Source: Phycisphaera mikurensis NBRC 102666
GTDB taxonomy: Bacteria; Planctomycetota; Phycisphaerae; Phycisphaerales; Phycisphaeraceae
Assembly: GCF_000284115.1 (NCBI RefSeq)
Contig: NC_017080.1
Coordinates: forward strand, 570,001-602,000
DNA: 32,000 nt
Reading direction: 5' to 3'
In this document: positions 16,945-24,692 of the stretch, piece after piece
How the letters are laid out: each line of letters starts with the position of its first letter
Position numbering within the stretch: position 1 is the first letter of the stretch
The notes under the pieces: model-generated
Told to the model about the DNA's origin: nothing
The model's database searches: none
The model's input: the letters and a program-made list of their open reading frames with translations, nothing else
Translations under genes and position numbers: made by a program

Positions 16945-17174
16945 CGCCAGCGGATCCAGGTTCCAGCGTCCCCGGCCGGTAGGCTGGCGGGTGTGTCATG
17001 CGCCACGCCAGCGGCATCACCCAACGCGAGAGCCGCGCGGGCTCGCAAACGGCTGGCGCTTGCCCGCGAGGACGCGGGAGGCCGCGGGAGGCCGCGCAGG
17101 ATGCTCCGAGCGGTCCGATCCGCGTCGGATGTGGAGGGGGCACCCGGACGGTGTCCAGGCCCCGGCAGATCCCC
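16945..17174 (+). repeat. Conserved right-end (RE) segment, copy 3
   Basis: Near-identical to 13504-13700 and 15127-15344. It carries a 10-nt tandem duplication (GGGAGGCCGC twice, 17076-17095) and ends GGCCCCGGCAGATCCCC at the junction with orphan tip 2. Confidence 0.8.
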
Positions 17175-17588
17175 GCCTTCGTCCGATTCGTTAATCGCGC
17201 CGACTTCGAAGCCGGCAGCAACGCTCGCCTCGTCCCGGCCGCCGACGGCAGCGGCCGCCAGACGATCGTCCTCGGGACCGCGCAGGCCACGGGCGAGACC
17301 GCTACGCACGCCAATCAGGTCAACGCGATCGCGCAGCAGCTGGCCGAGTCCGGCGATTGGGCGCACATCTCCCTTGACCGCAACTACCGAACGGCGACGG
17401 GGCGGGTTTTCGACCCGAAAGTTGCCAATCCGCTGAATGGCAACCAAATGGTTTCGCCTCGGCCGGACATCGTTGCGGTGGGGCGGGATGGGAGGATGCA
17501 GGTGTTCGAGGTGCAGTCCGAGGGGCAGAACTTCGATCAGTTGGCCGAATACGTCAGAAGGCAGGAGGCCGCCGCCGTCCACGATTGA
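17175..17588 (+). pseudogene. Start-less C-terminal module with a PD-(D/E)xK-type nuclease motif (orphan toxin-tip candidate 2)
   Basis: Reads AFVRFVNRADFEAG...THANQVNAIAQQLAESGDWAHISLDRNYRTATGRV...SPRPDIVAVGRDGRMQVFEVQSEGQ...*. RPD-(x13)-E-V-Q-S is the classic restriction-endonuclease-fold core. There is no start codon of its own; the only in-frame ATG is inside the RE at 16998. Confidence 0.5.
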
Positions 17589-18622
17589 CCGGGGACCACC
17601 GTCACGTTCCGGACCATCGAAGCCGGAGGCTCGTTGTGATACTCGCTGACATCCAGCAGGATCCAGAGGGCCTTGCATACTTCCAGACGGTCAGCGATTG
17701 CGTGTTGGAGCCATGCAACGGCTGTGATCTTCGTTCAGTCTTCACTTGGGCGATGACGCTCAAGCCGATGGACGAGGTGCCTATCACGCAGGTTGCCGGG
17801 TCTGGAAAGAACATCCCGCGGAACAAGGTGGCGCCGTACCGGCGCGGGAAAGGTCAGCTGCCGACGGAATCGGATCATGAATTCCAGGGCGTCAGCGCGG
17901 CGCATCAGCTTCGCACTTCCGGTTATCAGCAAACGGATGCCGGGTTCTACCTCTCGCTCGATCGCGTCGATAAGTTCGGCTACGCTTGGCCAGATGGAGC
18001 GTATCTCCGCCTCAAGCTGCTGATCGACTGCGAGGAATACGCAATCCCTTTCGTCGAACATGTCGCAGAGTTCCTGCACGGCCCGTTCTCCGGTCAGATC
18101 CGACGGGGCAGTGTCTTTCGCATGTCGCGGTTTGCTGGACCCACCGGTTACCTGATCGGGGTCGGAACGGGCTTCGTGCCGAGTTCCACGCGTCCTCGGC
18201 ACAACGATCGGTTGCTTGAGGGTTACTTCAACAACCGAAGCGGCGGCGTCTCAAATCATGCTCCGCACCAGGTCATCCGCGAGGTCTACCCCGTCAACCT
18301 TTTGCCCAACGAGGTGCTGACGATGCCCTGGGGCAAGACGGCCCGGACGCTGGGCGAGGCACTGAAGGAACACCCCGGGACGGCCCGCTTCGAGCGGTAC
18401 AACGACCACTGCTGGCGCTGGGAGCCGCACTGGGAGGCGATCGAGACGCTGCGGGTCGACCTGTTCCGGGCCGGCCGGCTGTGGTACCAGAAGATGGACG
18501 CGTGGCAGCAGCCGGACTGGCACCGCCCCGACTGGTCGGCGCCGTACGAGTACACCGGCGAGCTGCCGGACTTCGTGAAGCCCGGCTGGTCGGACTTCTG
18601 GGCCCACGGGTACACGCCGTGA
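17585..18622 (+). CDS. Hypothetical protein; candidate orphan immunity protein 2
   Basis: The ORF begins at a TTG overlapping the preceding TGA (TTGA, 17585-17588). An alternative GTG lies at 17636. GC is about 59% over 17641-17880 by hand count. The third-codon-position G/C bias favours this frame over the antisense ORF at 17735-18202. The C-terminal half is Trp-rich (WRWEPHWEAIETL...WYQKMDAWQQPDWHRPDW). No family recognised. Confidence 0.6.
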   Translation: MTGDHRHVPDHRSRRLVVILADIQQDPEGLAYFQTVSDCVLEPCNGCDLRSVFTWAMTLKPMDEVPITQVAGSGKNIPRNKVAPYRRGKGQLPTESDHEFQGVSAAHQLRTSGYQQTDAGFYLSLDRVDKFGYAWPDGAYLRLKLLIDCEEYAIPFVEHVAEFLHGPFSGQIRRGSVFRMSRFAGPTGYLIGVGTGFVPSSTRPRHNDRLLEGYFNNRSGGVSNHAPHQVIREVYPVNLLPNEVLTMPWGKTARTLGEALKEHPGTARFERYNDHCWRWEPHWEAIETLRVDLFRAGRLWYQKMDAWQQPDWHRPDWSAPYEYTGELPDFVKPGWSDFWAHGYTP

Positions 18623-18704
18623 GAAGCACAACAGATCCACCATGCGACCGTTGGCTGCGCCCGCTGCGGGCGATGCTCCCAGCGACCAGGAACCTCGCGG
18701 AATG

Positions 18705-18887
18705 GGCCCCGGCAGCGCCAGGCCCCGGCAGCGCGGGCAGCGGTATCCAGGCCCCGGCAGCCCCCGGCAGCCCCGGCAGCCCCCGTGAATGGGCTTTGCC
18801 GGGGCCTGGCCACCGCGGTTCGGGGCCTGGCCACCGCGGTTCCGGGGCCTGGCCACCGCGGTTCCCGGGGCCTGGCCACCGCGGTTC
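18705..18887. repeat. Head-to-head REP cluster (array D)
   Basis: Positions 18705-18780 carry GGCCCCGGCAG(C) units in right-end orientation. Positions 18797-18887 carry four tandem 21-23-nt units, GGGGCCTGGCCACCGCGGTTC(C)(C), in left-end orientation. The cores CCAGGCCCCGG and CCGGGGCCTGG are reverse complements. Confidence 0.85.
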
Positions 18888-18950
18888 CACTTGCAAGATA
18901 CCCACTGCCTCGACCGCCACAACCCCGCCCTCACCGGCCTCACCGGCCTC

Positions 18951-20114
18951 ATGGACCTGCTGACCCAGCACGGCACCGACGCCATGGCCCAGGCCTTCGC
19001 CGCCACACTCAACATCGCCATGCGGCTCGAGCGTGAGCAACACCTCGGTGCCGCCGAGCACGAACGGTCGGCGGATCGCACCGGCTACGCCAACGGCTTC
19101 TCACCCAAGCAGCTGGACACGCCTGCCGGACGCGTCACCGTCGCCGTGCCCAAGACCCGACCGGTCCCCGGCCGCGGCGGGAGCTTCGAGCCCTTCTTCC
19201 CGCAAGCTCTGCAACGTGGCAGCCGCGCCTGCCGGGCCGTCAACGCCACGCTGGCCCAGATGTACGTCCAGGGCGTCTCCACCCGCGACGTCAAAGCCGT
19301 CATGGCCGAACTGGGCCTCGAGAACGTGACCTCCGCCCAGGTCAGCCGGGCCACCGCGGAACTGGACGAAGAGCTTCGTGCCTGGCGAGAGCGGCCCTTG
19401 GGCACCGTCGAGCGGCTGATCCTCGACGCCCGCTACGAGAAGGTCCGCGAAGGCGGAATCGTCCGCGACGTGGCCGTGCTCACCGCCGTGGGCGTCCTGC
19501 CCAACGGCTCCCGCTCGGTGCTGGGCGTCTCGGTGGCCCTCTCCGAGGCGGAGGTTCACTGGCGAGCGTTCCTCGACTCGCTGGTGGCTCGCGGCATGCG
19601 GGGCGTGGAGCTTGTCACCAGCGACGACCACGCCGGGCTGGCCGAAGCCCGGAAGGCCGTGCTGCCAGCGGTGCCGTGGCAGCGGTGCCAGTTCCATCTG
19701 GCCAACAACGCGATCCACCACGCACCCACGGCCGCCACACGCGAGAAGATCGGCAAGCAGCTCGGCCAAGTCTGGAACGCGCCCGCTCGGGCCGAGGCCG
19801 ACCGCCGGCTTGCCGACCTGATCGACGAGCACGAGCCAAAGAGCCCGCGGCTGGCGAAGTGGCTCGGCAAGAACGTGCCCGAAGGCCTCACCGTCTTCGC
19901 CTTCCCGCCGGCGCAGCGGAAGAAGCTTCGGACCTCCAACGGCATCGAGCGGCCGATCCAGCAGGAGCTCAAGCGTCGGACCCGCAAGATCCGCGTGTTC
20001 CCCAACGCCGAGTCGTTGCTTCGGCTGTGCTCGGCCTTGCTGGTCGAGATCGACGACGATTGGCAGGCCTCCACCCGCCGCTACCTGCCCGCTTCCGAGG
20101 AGGTGGCCCGCTGA
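18951..20114 (+). CDS. IS256-family (Mutator-type) transposase
   Basis: Contains MDLLTQHG...LNIAMRLEREQHLGA..ERSADRTGYANGF..KQLDTPAGRVTVAVPKTR, then ILDARYEKVRE, ...LVTSDDHAGL..A......WQRCQFHL...N, and ...SNGIERPIQQELKRRTRKIRVFPN. These are typical IS256 transposase blocks with DDE residues. ATG 18951 was chosen because the upstream part of the track ORF is translated REP DNA. Confidence 0.9.
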   Translation: MDLLTQHGTDAMAQAFAATLNIAMRLEREQHLGAAEHERSADRTGYANGFSPKQLDTPAGRVTVAVPKTRPVPGRGGSFEPFFPQALQRGSRACRAVNATLAQMYVQGVSTRDVKAVMAELGLENVTSAQVSRATAELDEELRAWRERPLGTVERLILDARYEKVREGGIVRDVAVLTAVGVLPNGSRSVLGVSVALSEAEVHWRAFLDSLVARGMRGVELVTSDDHAGLAEARKAVLPAVPWQRCQFHLANNAIHHAPTAATREKIGKQLGQVWNAPARAEADRRLADLIDEHEPKSPRLAKWLGKNVPEGLTVFAFPPAQRKKLRTSNGIERPIQQELKRRTRKIRVFPNAESLLRLCSALLVEIDDDWQASTRRYLPASEEVAR

Positions 20115-20255
20115 TCAAGCAGGAGCGGACTTACACGGCTGAAGTTGCACAATCCGTCCGCGTGGTGACGCGGAGTGGATGGAGACTGTGATCCCCCAGT
20201 TCGGCTTGGAGTCGACGCTACGGCCCAGGGATGGCCTCGGAAGAAAGGTTGATCG

Positions 20256-20312
20256 GTGGCTGTCACCTTTCCCGGCCCTGTCACCTTTCCCGGCCCCGGT
20301 GCAAGCTTGAGA
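20256..20312. repeat. Right boundary repeats: inverted copies of GGAAAGGTGACAG(CCAC), twice, plus CTTGAGA
   Basis: GTGGCTGTCACCTTTCCCGGCCCTGTCACCTTTCCCGGCC at 20256-20291 is the reverse complement of the 12248-12267 / 12328-12347 motif, with one A fewer. CTTGAGA at 20306-20312 mirrors TCTCAAG at 12238-12244. Confidence 0.7.
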
Positions 20313-20346
20313 CACGGAGGGAGGGATCGTCTCCCGGGCCGGCTGA

Positions 20347-21027
20347 TCATCCCGATCGGTCCTCGCCGTCTGCGGACGCGGACGCCGAGATCTCCTTCTC
20401 CGTCACCCCGAGCCACTCGAGCATGTGCTGCTCGTACACGTCCTGGTGCTCGGGGTTGGAGAAGTCCAGCCGCAGCTCGTTGATCACCTTGGTGCCCTGG
20501 CCGATCCACTGGGTCCAGGTGACCTGCCCGAAGTTCTCCACGATGTACTCGCCGATCGGGCCCCGCATGGGCGGGCCGTCGAGCCGGGGCTGGGGCTGGC
20601 CCGTCCGCTTGTCGAGCACCTGCGTCCCGCCGCTCTCCGCCTGCAGCGCGGCGGCCTTCTCCGCCGCGGACTCGACCTCGGGGATCGGCGCCCCCAGCCG
20701 CTTTAGCCGCTCTCCCATCGCGCGCATCGGCATCACGTCGCCGCGGCCGGCCGCGATGGCGTAGCCGCGGGTGAGGGTGTCGGTCGCCTCGGCCTCCTGC
20801 CCGAGCTTGAGCTGCGCCTCGCCGAGGTGCTGCAACGCCCGGGACATGTCCGGGTTGTGCACGAGGGCTTCCTTGTACGCGTCCGCCGCCTCCGCGTGCC
20901 GGCCCACCGCGCGGTAGGCCTCACCCAGCGAGAAGAAGGCCATGTCGTCGGGCGCCTCCTCCGCCATGCGCTGCCACTGGGCGATGCGGGCTTCGGCGGC
21001 TTCGTCGGCGGTCGCTTCGGTGCTCAT
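20347..21027 (-). CDS. TPR-repeat protein fused to a YggX-like (Fe(II)-trafficking / oxidative-damage protection) domain
   Basis: The N-terminal half has TPR-like helices (FFSLGEAYRAVGRHAEAADAYKEALVHNPDMSRALQHLGEAQLKLG). The C-terminus, GPIGEYIVENFGQVTWTQWIGQGTKVINELRLDFSNPEHQDVYEQHMLEWL, aligns by eye with E. coli YggX ([51 protein letters not shown]). Confidence 0.8.
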   Translation of the reverse strand: MSTEATADEAAEARIAQWQRMAEEAPDDMAFFSLGEAYRAVGRHAEAADAYKEALVHNPDMSRALQHLGEAQLKLGQEAEATDTLTRGYAIAAGRGDVMPMRAMGERLKRLGAPIPEVESAAEKAAALQAESGGTQVLDKRTGQPQPRLDGPPMRGPIGEYIVENFGQVTWTQWIGQGTKVINELRLDFSNPEHQDVYEQHMLEWLGVTEKEISASASADGEDRSG

Positions 21028-21054
21028 GCGGCGAGCGTACGCGCGGCGGGGGCC

Positions 21055-21651
21055 TCAACCGAAGCGGAAGGTCGGCGGGTCGCCCGGTCCGCAGCGGCCC
21101 CCCTCGATGAGCAGCGCGAGGTACCCGCGCGGCTCGCGCGGCGCGTCGCGGAGGCCCAGGCGGGCCAGCGTGGCCTCCACCGCGTCCGGGTCGGGCCCCT
21201 CGACCTCGACGAAGAAGCCCAGGCCCGGCAGCTCGTCGATCTCGACAACGCAGCCGCCGAGGCGGTGCCGGTCGCGGCGCTTCTCGAAGCGGAAGCGGGG
21301 GGCGTAGCCCAGGGCGGCAAGGAAGGCGGCGGCGCCGTCGGCGTCGGCAACCACGATCTCGTGCTCGGGGCGGCGCTTCAGGCCGTCGGCGGCGCCGCCG
21401 GCGCCGGGGAGGCGGGGCCCCTTGTGGCAGAGCACGTGGCGCGGGGGGCCGGCGTGGGGGCTCCCGGCGCGTGGGGTCTCGGTCCGCAGGCGGAGGGCGC
21501 GGTCGGCGCCGCGGAGGCGGTCGCCGGGGAGGTCGAAGAAGCGGTTGTCCTCGGTGAAGGCGGCGGCGAGCGGCGCGTCGAGCGCCGCCAGCCGCCGGCG
21601 GAGGCCTTCGGGATCGGCGAGCGGGAGCTTGGCTTCGGTCTCGATCGGCAT
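21055..21651 (-). CDS. CYTH-domain protein (class IV adenylate cyclase CyaB / triphosphatase family)
   Basis: Begins MPIETEAKLPL (the ExExK signature). Later ...ALRLR..., RRPEHEIVV, FEKRRDR and VVEIDELPGLGFFVEVE are present, matching the typical CYTH fold sequence. Confidence 0.8.
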   Translation of the reverse strand: MPIETEAKLPLADPEGLRRRLAALDAPLAAAFTEDNRFFDLPGDRLRGADRALRLRTETPRAGSPHAGPPRHVLCHKGPRLPGAGGAADGLKRRPEHEIVVADADGAAAFLAALGYAPRFRFEKRRDRHRLGGCVVEIDELPGLGFFVEVEGPDPDAVEATLARLGLRDAPREPRGYLALLIEGGRCGPGDPPTFRFG

Positions 21652-21657
21652 GGCGGG

Positions 21658-22233
21658 TCAGCGTGCCGGCGGCTCGGGAAGCCTGGCGGACGGGCGTGGG
21701 TCGCGGGCGCGCGTGCGGCGGTCCGGCGGCGGGGCGGCCGGGGGCGCCGGCGCGTCGGGGGCTGGCGGGTCGGGGCGGCCCTCGGCGAAGAGCTCGCGCT
21801 GCAGCCGCGACACGCCGCGGAGCACGCGGCGGCGGCGGCCGACCGGCCGGCCCGCGGCGTACTGCCGGCCGTGGTGGTAGAGCGTCCCGGAGGCGGCGAG
21901 CAGCGGCAGCGGGTTGGCCAGGCCCGTGCCCCGCGCCACGCGGTACAGCAAGAGCCGGCCGGGCCAGCCCACCCCGCGGGCGTGGCAGATGGACCGGAAC
22001 ACCGACCACCAGGCGTCGGGCGCGGCCGCGGAGGCGCTGCCGCCCGGCGCTCGGAGGCCGGCGCGGCGGGCGAGGGAACGCAGGGCGACGATCGCCAGCA
22101 CGAGCCCGGCGGCGATCAGCAGCGGCGCCAGCGGCACCGAGCGGGTTGCGGTGGCCGCGCGGCCGACGTCCTCGAGGCCGCCGGGCGTCTGGAGCAGGCG
22201 GGCCGCGAGGATGAGGGGCACCGAGCCGTTCAC
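21658..22233 (-). CDS. Hypothetical membrane protein
   Basis: The GTG start at 22233 overlaps the upstream gene's TGA (GTGA). Two hydrophobic segments are present (VPLILAARLL, LAPLLIAAGLVLAIVAL), followed by WWSVFRSICHARGVGWPGRLLLYRVA. It forms the tail of the track ORF 21658..22923. Confidence 0.55.
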   Translation of the reverse strand: MNGSVPLILAARLLQTPGGLEDVGRAATATRSVPLAPLLIAAGLVLAIVALRSLARRAGLRAPGGSASAAAPDAWWSVFRSICHARGVGWPGRLLLYRVARGTGLANPLPLLAASGTLYHHGRQYAAGRPVGRRRRVLRGVSRLQRELFAEGRPDPPAPDAPAPPAAPPPDRRTRARDPRPSARLPEPPAR

Positions 22234-23777
22234 GAGGCGAGCGCTCCGGGCATGCGCGGGAGGCGGAGCGCCGGCGGCGGGTCGCCCGCGTCGGGCAGCC
22301 GCGCCTCCAGGGCGGCCCAGGCCTCGTCCGCGGCCTCCACCCGGCCAAGCGGCGGGGCGGACCCCGCCGGCGTCCGCATCGCGGCCGCAAGCGCCACCAG
22401 CGCCCGGCGCCGGGCCGGCGTCGCGTCCGCGGCGGGGGCCAGGCGCGCCCGCAGGGCTCGCTCCCCCCCGGGCCGGGCCCGGCAGTCGGCCAGCGCTCGC
22501 GCGCGGGCCGGGCCGTCGAGTCGGTCCAGCTCCGCGAGGAGCCGCTGGGCGGCTTCCGCGGCCTCGGCGTCCTCCGCGGCGGCCCGAACCGCGGGATCGG
22601 CGGCGGCGTGCAGCGCCGCGAGGTGGGGGCCGCGGCGGGCCTCGGGCGCGGCGGCCACCACGCGCGCCGCCAGCCGCGCCTCGGGTGTCGCGGCGCTCGC
22701 GGCCAGCGCCGCGGCGGCGGCGAGCAGCGCCGGATCGCCGGCTTCGGCGAGGTCCCGCACCACCAGCTTCAGCGCGGCGGCGCGGACCGCGGGCTCGGGA
22801 TCGGCCAGCGCCAGCGCCACCCACCGCGACCGCGTCGCGGGGGGCAGCGGCAGTGCGGCGACGAGATCCACGAGGCAGCGCCGCTCCGTCGGCGAGGCTT
22901 CGGCCGGCCAGGCCCGCGGGCACAGCGAGCCGGGTTCGGCGGCCGCCGCGAGCGCGGCGGCGACGGCGGGCTCGGAGAGCAGGGCGGGCTGGGGGAAGAC
23001 GCCGCGCAGCGGCCGCTCGCGGGCGGCGCGGGCCAGCCCCGCGAGCGCCGCGGACCGCAGCGGCTCCACCGCCAGCAGAGGCAGCAGAGCCCCGCGCTCC
23101 GCCGCGCCGCCGGCCGCGGCGACCCGCCGGCGCAGGGGCGGCAGCGCCCCGTGCGAGGGCTCGGCAAAGGCGGCCTCGCAGAGCGGCGACGGCTCGCCCG
23201 CGAGCAGGAGGAAGGCCGTGAGCAGGCCTCCGTGCCCCTCAACCGGGCCGCCGGCGCCGCGGGGAGCGGGTCGGCCCCAGGCGGCGACGGCGGGGTCGAC
23301 GGCCGCCGCGAGCGTGGCCGCCTCGGTGGAGCCCGGGGCGGCGTCGCCCGCAAGGCTCACCAGCACGGCGGCGGCCTCGTCGGCGAGGTCGGGCCGCGGC
23401 AGGCTCGTCGCGTCCACCACGAGGTAGGCCAAGTGGCAGAGCCGCCGCTCCGCGATCAGCCGCAGCGCATTCCGGGTGGCGTCGGTTCCGGCGCCGAAGG
23501 CCCGGCGCACCGCCGCGTCGAGGGCGTGGTCGGGCACGGCGTAGACCCGCTCCGCCGCCCGCGGCCCCAGCCGGTGCAGGTGCCGGACCAGCGCGAGGCG
23601 GCCCCCGCCCTCCCCACGCCGGAGCAGCGCCGCGACCATCGCCTCGTGCTCCCGCGTGGCCGCGGTGGGCAACGCCGCCGCGAGCGCCGCCGACGCCGCC
23701 GGGCCGGGCGTCGCGGCGAGCAACGCGGCCGCCGTCGGGCGTTCGGCGGGGTCGGCGGCGGGGGTCCGGGGGCGCAT
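22230..23777 (-). CDS. Ala/Leu-rich HEAT/ARM-like repeat protein (hypothetical)
   Basis: 515-aa ORF, first gene of the minus-strand operon. It has repeated helical D-P-x-V-R-A-A-A-like segments (ADPEPAVRAAALKLV, AADPAVRAAAEDA). No catalytic motif recognised. Confidence 0.6.
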   Translation of the reverse strand: MRPRTPAADPAERPTAAALLAATPGPAASAALAAALPTAATREHEAMVAALLRRGEGGGRLALVRHLHRLGPRAAERVYAVPDHALDAAVRRAFGAGTDATRNALRLIAERRLCHLAYLVVDATSLPRPDLADEAAAVLVSLAGDAAPGSTEAATLAAAVDPAVAAWGRPAPRGAGGPVEGHGGLLTAFLLLAGEPSPLCEAAFAEPSHGALPPLRRRVAAAGGAAERGALLPLLAVEPLRSAALAGLARAARERPLRGVFPQPALLSEPAVAAALAAAAEPGSLCPRAWPAEASPTERRCLVDLVAALPLPPATRSRWVALALADPEPAVRAAALKLVVRDLAEAGDPALLAAAAALAASAATPEARLAARVVAAAPEARRGPHLAALHAAADPAVRAAAEDAEAAEAAQRLLAELDRLDGPARARALADCRARPGGERALRARLAPAADATPARRRALVALAAAMRTPAGSAPPLGRVEAADEAWAALEARLPDAGDPPPALRLPRMPGALAS

Positions 23778-24146
23778 GGGGCTCGGCGGCTATCGGCCCA
23801 ATCCGGGCGTCTGCTCGATCGGCGGGCCTCTGCTCCACGCCGCGGCGGCTCCCAACGCCGCGTTTGGGGGGGTTCCATTCGTCGGAAACTTGCACTAAAC
23901 TCCGTCGCATCCCGCGAGGGTGAACCGGGGTCCCGAGCCCGCCGTACCGGCGGCGGGGACGCCCCCGAGCCCCTTGCTCCCCGCTCCTCGCCCCGTCCGT
24001 CGAGTCCGCCCCCGCGCTTCCCGGGCCACGGTCGCCACTTTCGTCGCCCGCCGCCCCGCCGGGCCCGCCGCGCTCCGCCCCCGCCTCCCGCCCGACGGGC
24101 GGCGGAATCCCCCCCACCCCCCAGCCGCCGCGTCGCGGCCTCCGCC

Positions 24147-24692
24147 ATGAGCACCTCCAGCAAAACCGCCTCCGCCCCGCTGTTGCGGATGATGATCTAC
24201 AGCCGCCCGCTCCACCCCGAGCTCTTCCGGATCGAGGGGCGCCGTTCGGTGCAGCACGGCGGCTTCAAGGCAGAGCTGTGGCTGACCGCCGGCGGCCACG
24301 TCGCCCGCTTCCAAGCGCTGGGCCGGCAGCTGGCCGAGGTCGTCATCGACGGGGGCGAGGGTTTGCCCGAGAGCGGCCTGGTCCACGCCCTGCCGGCGAT
24401 CGGGGAGAAGGACTACGAGATGCCCGCGAGCGAGCCGCTGGGGTTCGTCACGACCGTGCAGACCGAGACGCTCAGCGACAACCTCTACCAGGGGACGCTC
24501 CGCGAGATGACCGACTTCGCCCGCGAGGTCGGTGCGCTCTCCTACGCCTACACCGACGCGGCGGGGCGGGACTCGCTTTCGCTGATCGATTGCCAGAAGT
24601 ACAAGCGGGAGCTGCACCTCCAGGCGTACCACCTGCTCGGCGGCTCCGGCGTGGTGCTGCGGACGCAGTCCATCTTCGAGATGCACGCCTGA
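24147..24692 (+). CDS. Conserved hypothetical protein (resembles the DUF2617 type)
   Basis: Starts at ATG 24147: MSTSSKTASAPLLRMMIYSRPLHPELFRIEG.... It forms the tail of a much longer spurious track ORF (22608..24692). The family assignment is from memory of the YxRxLHPELF N-terminal pattern and is tentative. Confidence 0.65.
   Translation: MSTSSKTASAPLLRMMIYSRPLHPELFRIEGRRSVQHGGFKAELWLTAGGHVARFQALGRQLAEVVIDGGEGLPESGLVHALPAIGEKDYEMPASEPLGFVTTVQTETLSDNLYQGTLREMTDFAREVGALSYAYTDAAGRDSLSLIDCQKYKRELHLQAYHLLGGSGVVLRTQSIFEMHA

Noticed and set aside
17735-18202. 155-aa antisense ORF inside the second immunity-like gene, with a fairly protein-like helical stretch
   Set aside because: Its third codon positions coincide with first positions of the plus frame and are less G/C-rich than the plus-frame third positions. 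The plus frame also continues uninterrupted into clearly coding sequence up to 18622. I kept the plus-strand call, but this remains the least certain strand assignment in the window.
18789-18950. AWPPRFG peptide repeats at the N-terminus of the IS256 transposase track ORF
   Set aside because: They are a translation of the tandem 21-23-nt REP units. IS256-family homology starts around MDLLTQHG (ATG 18951).
18880-20260. Terminal inverted repeats and target-site duplication of the IS256-family element
   Set aside because: Comparing the left flank with the reverse complement of the right flank by eye gave only weak matches (for example TTGCAA versus GTGCAA). I do not report element boundaries.
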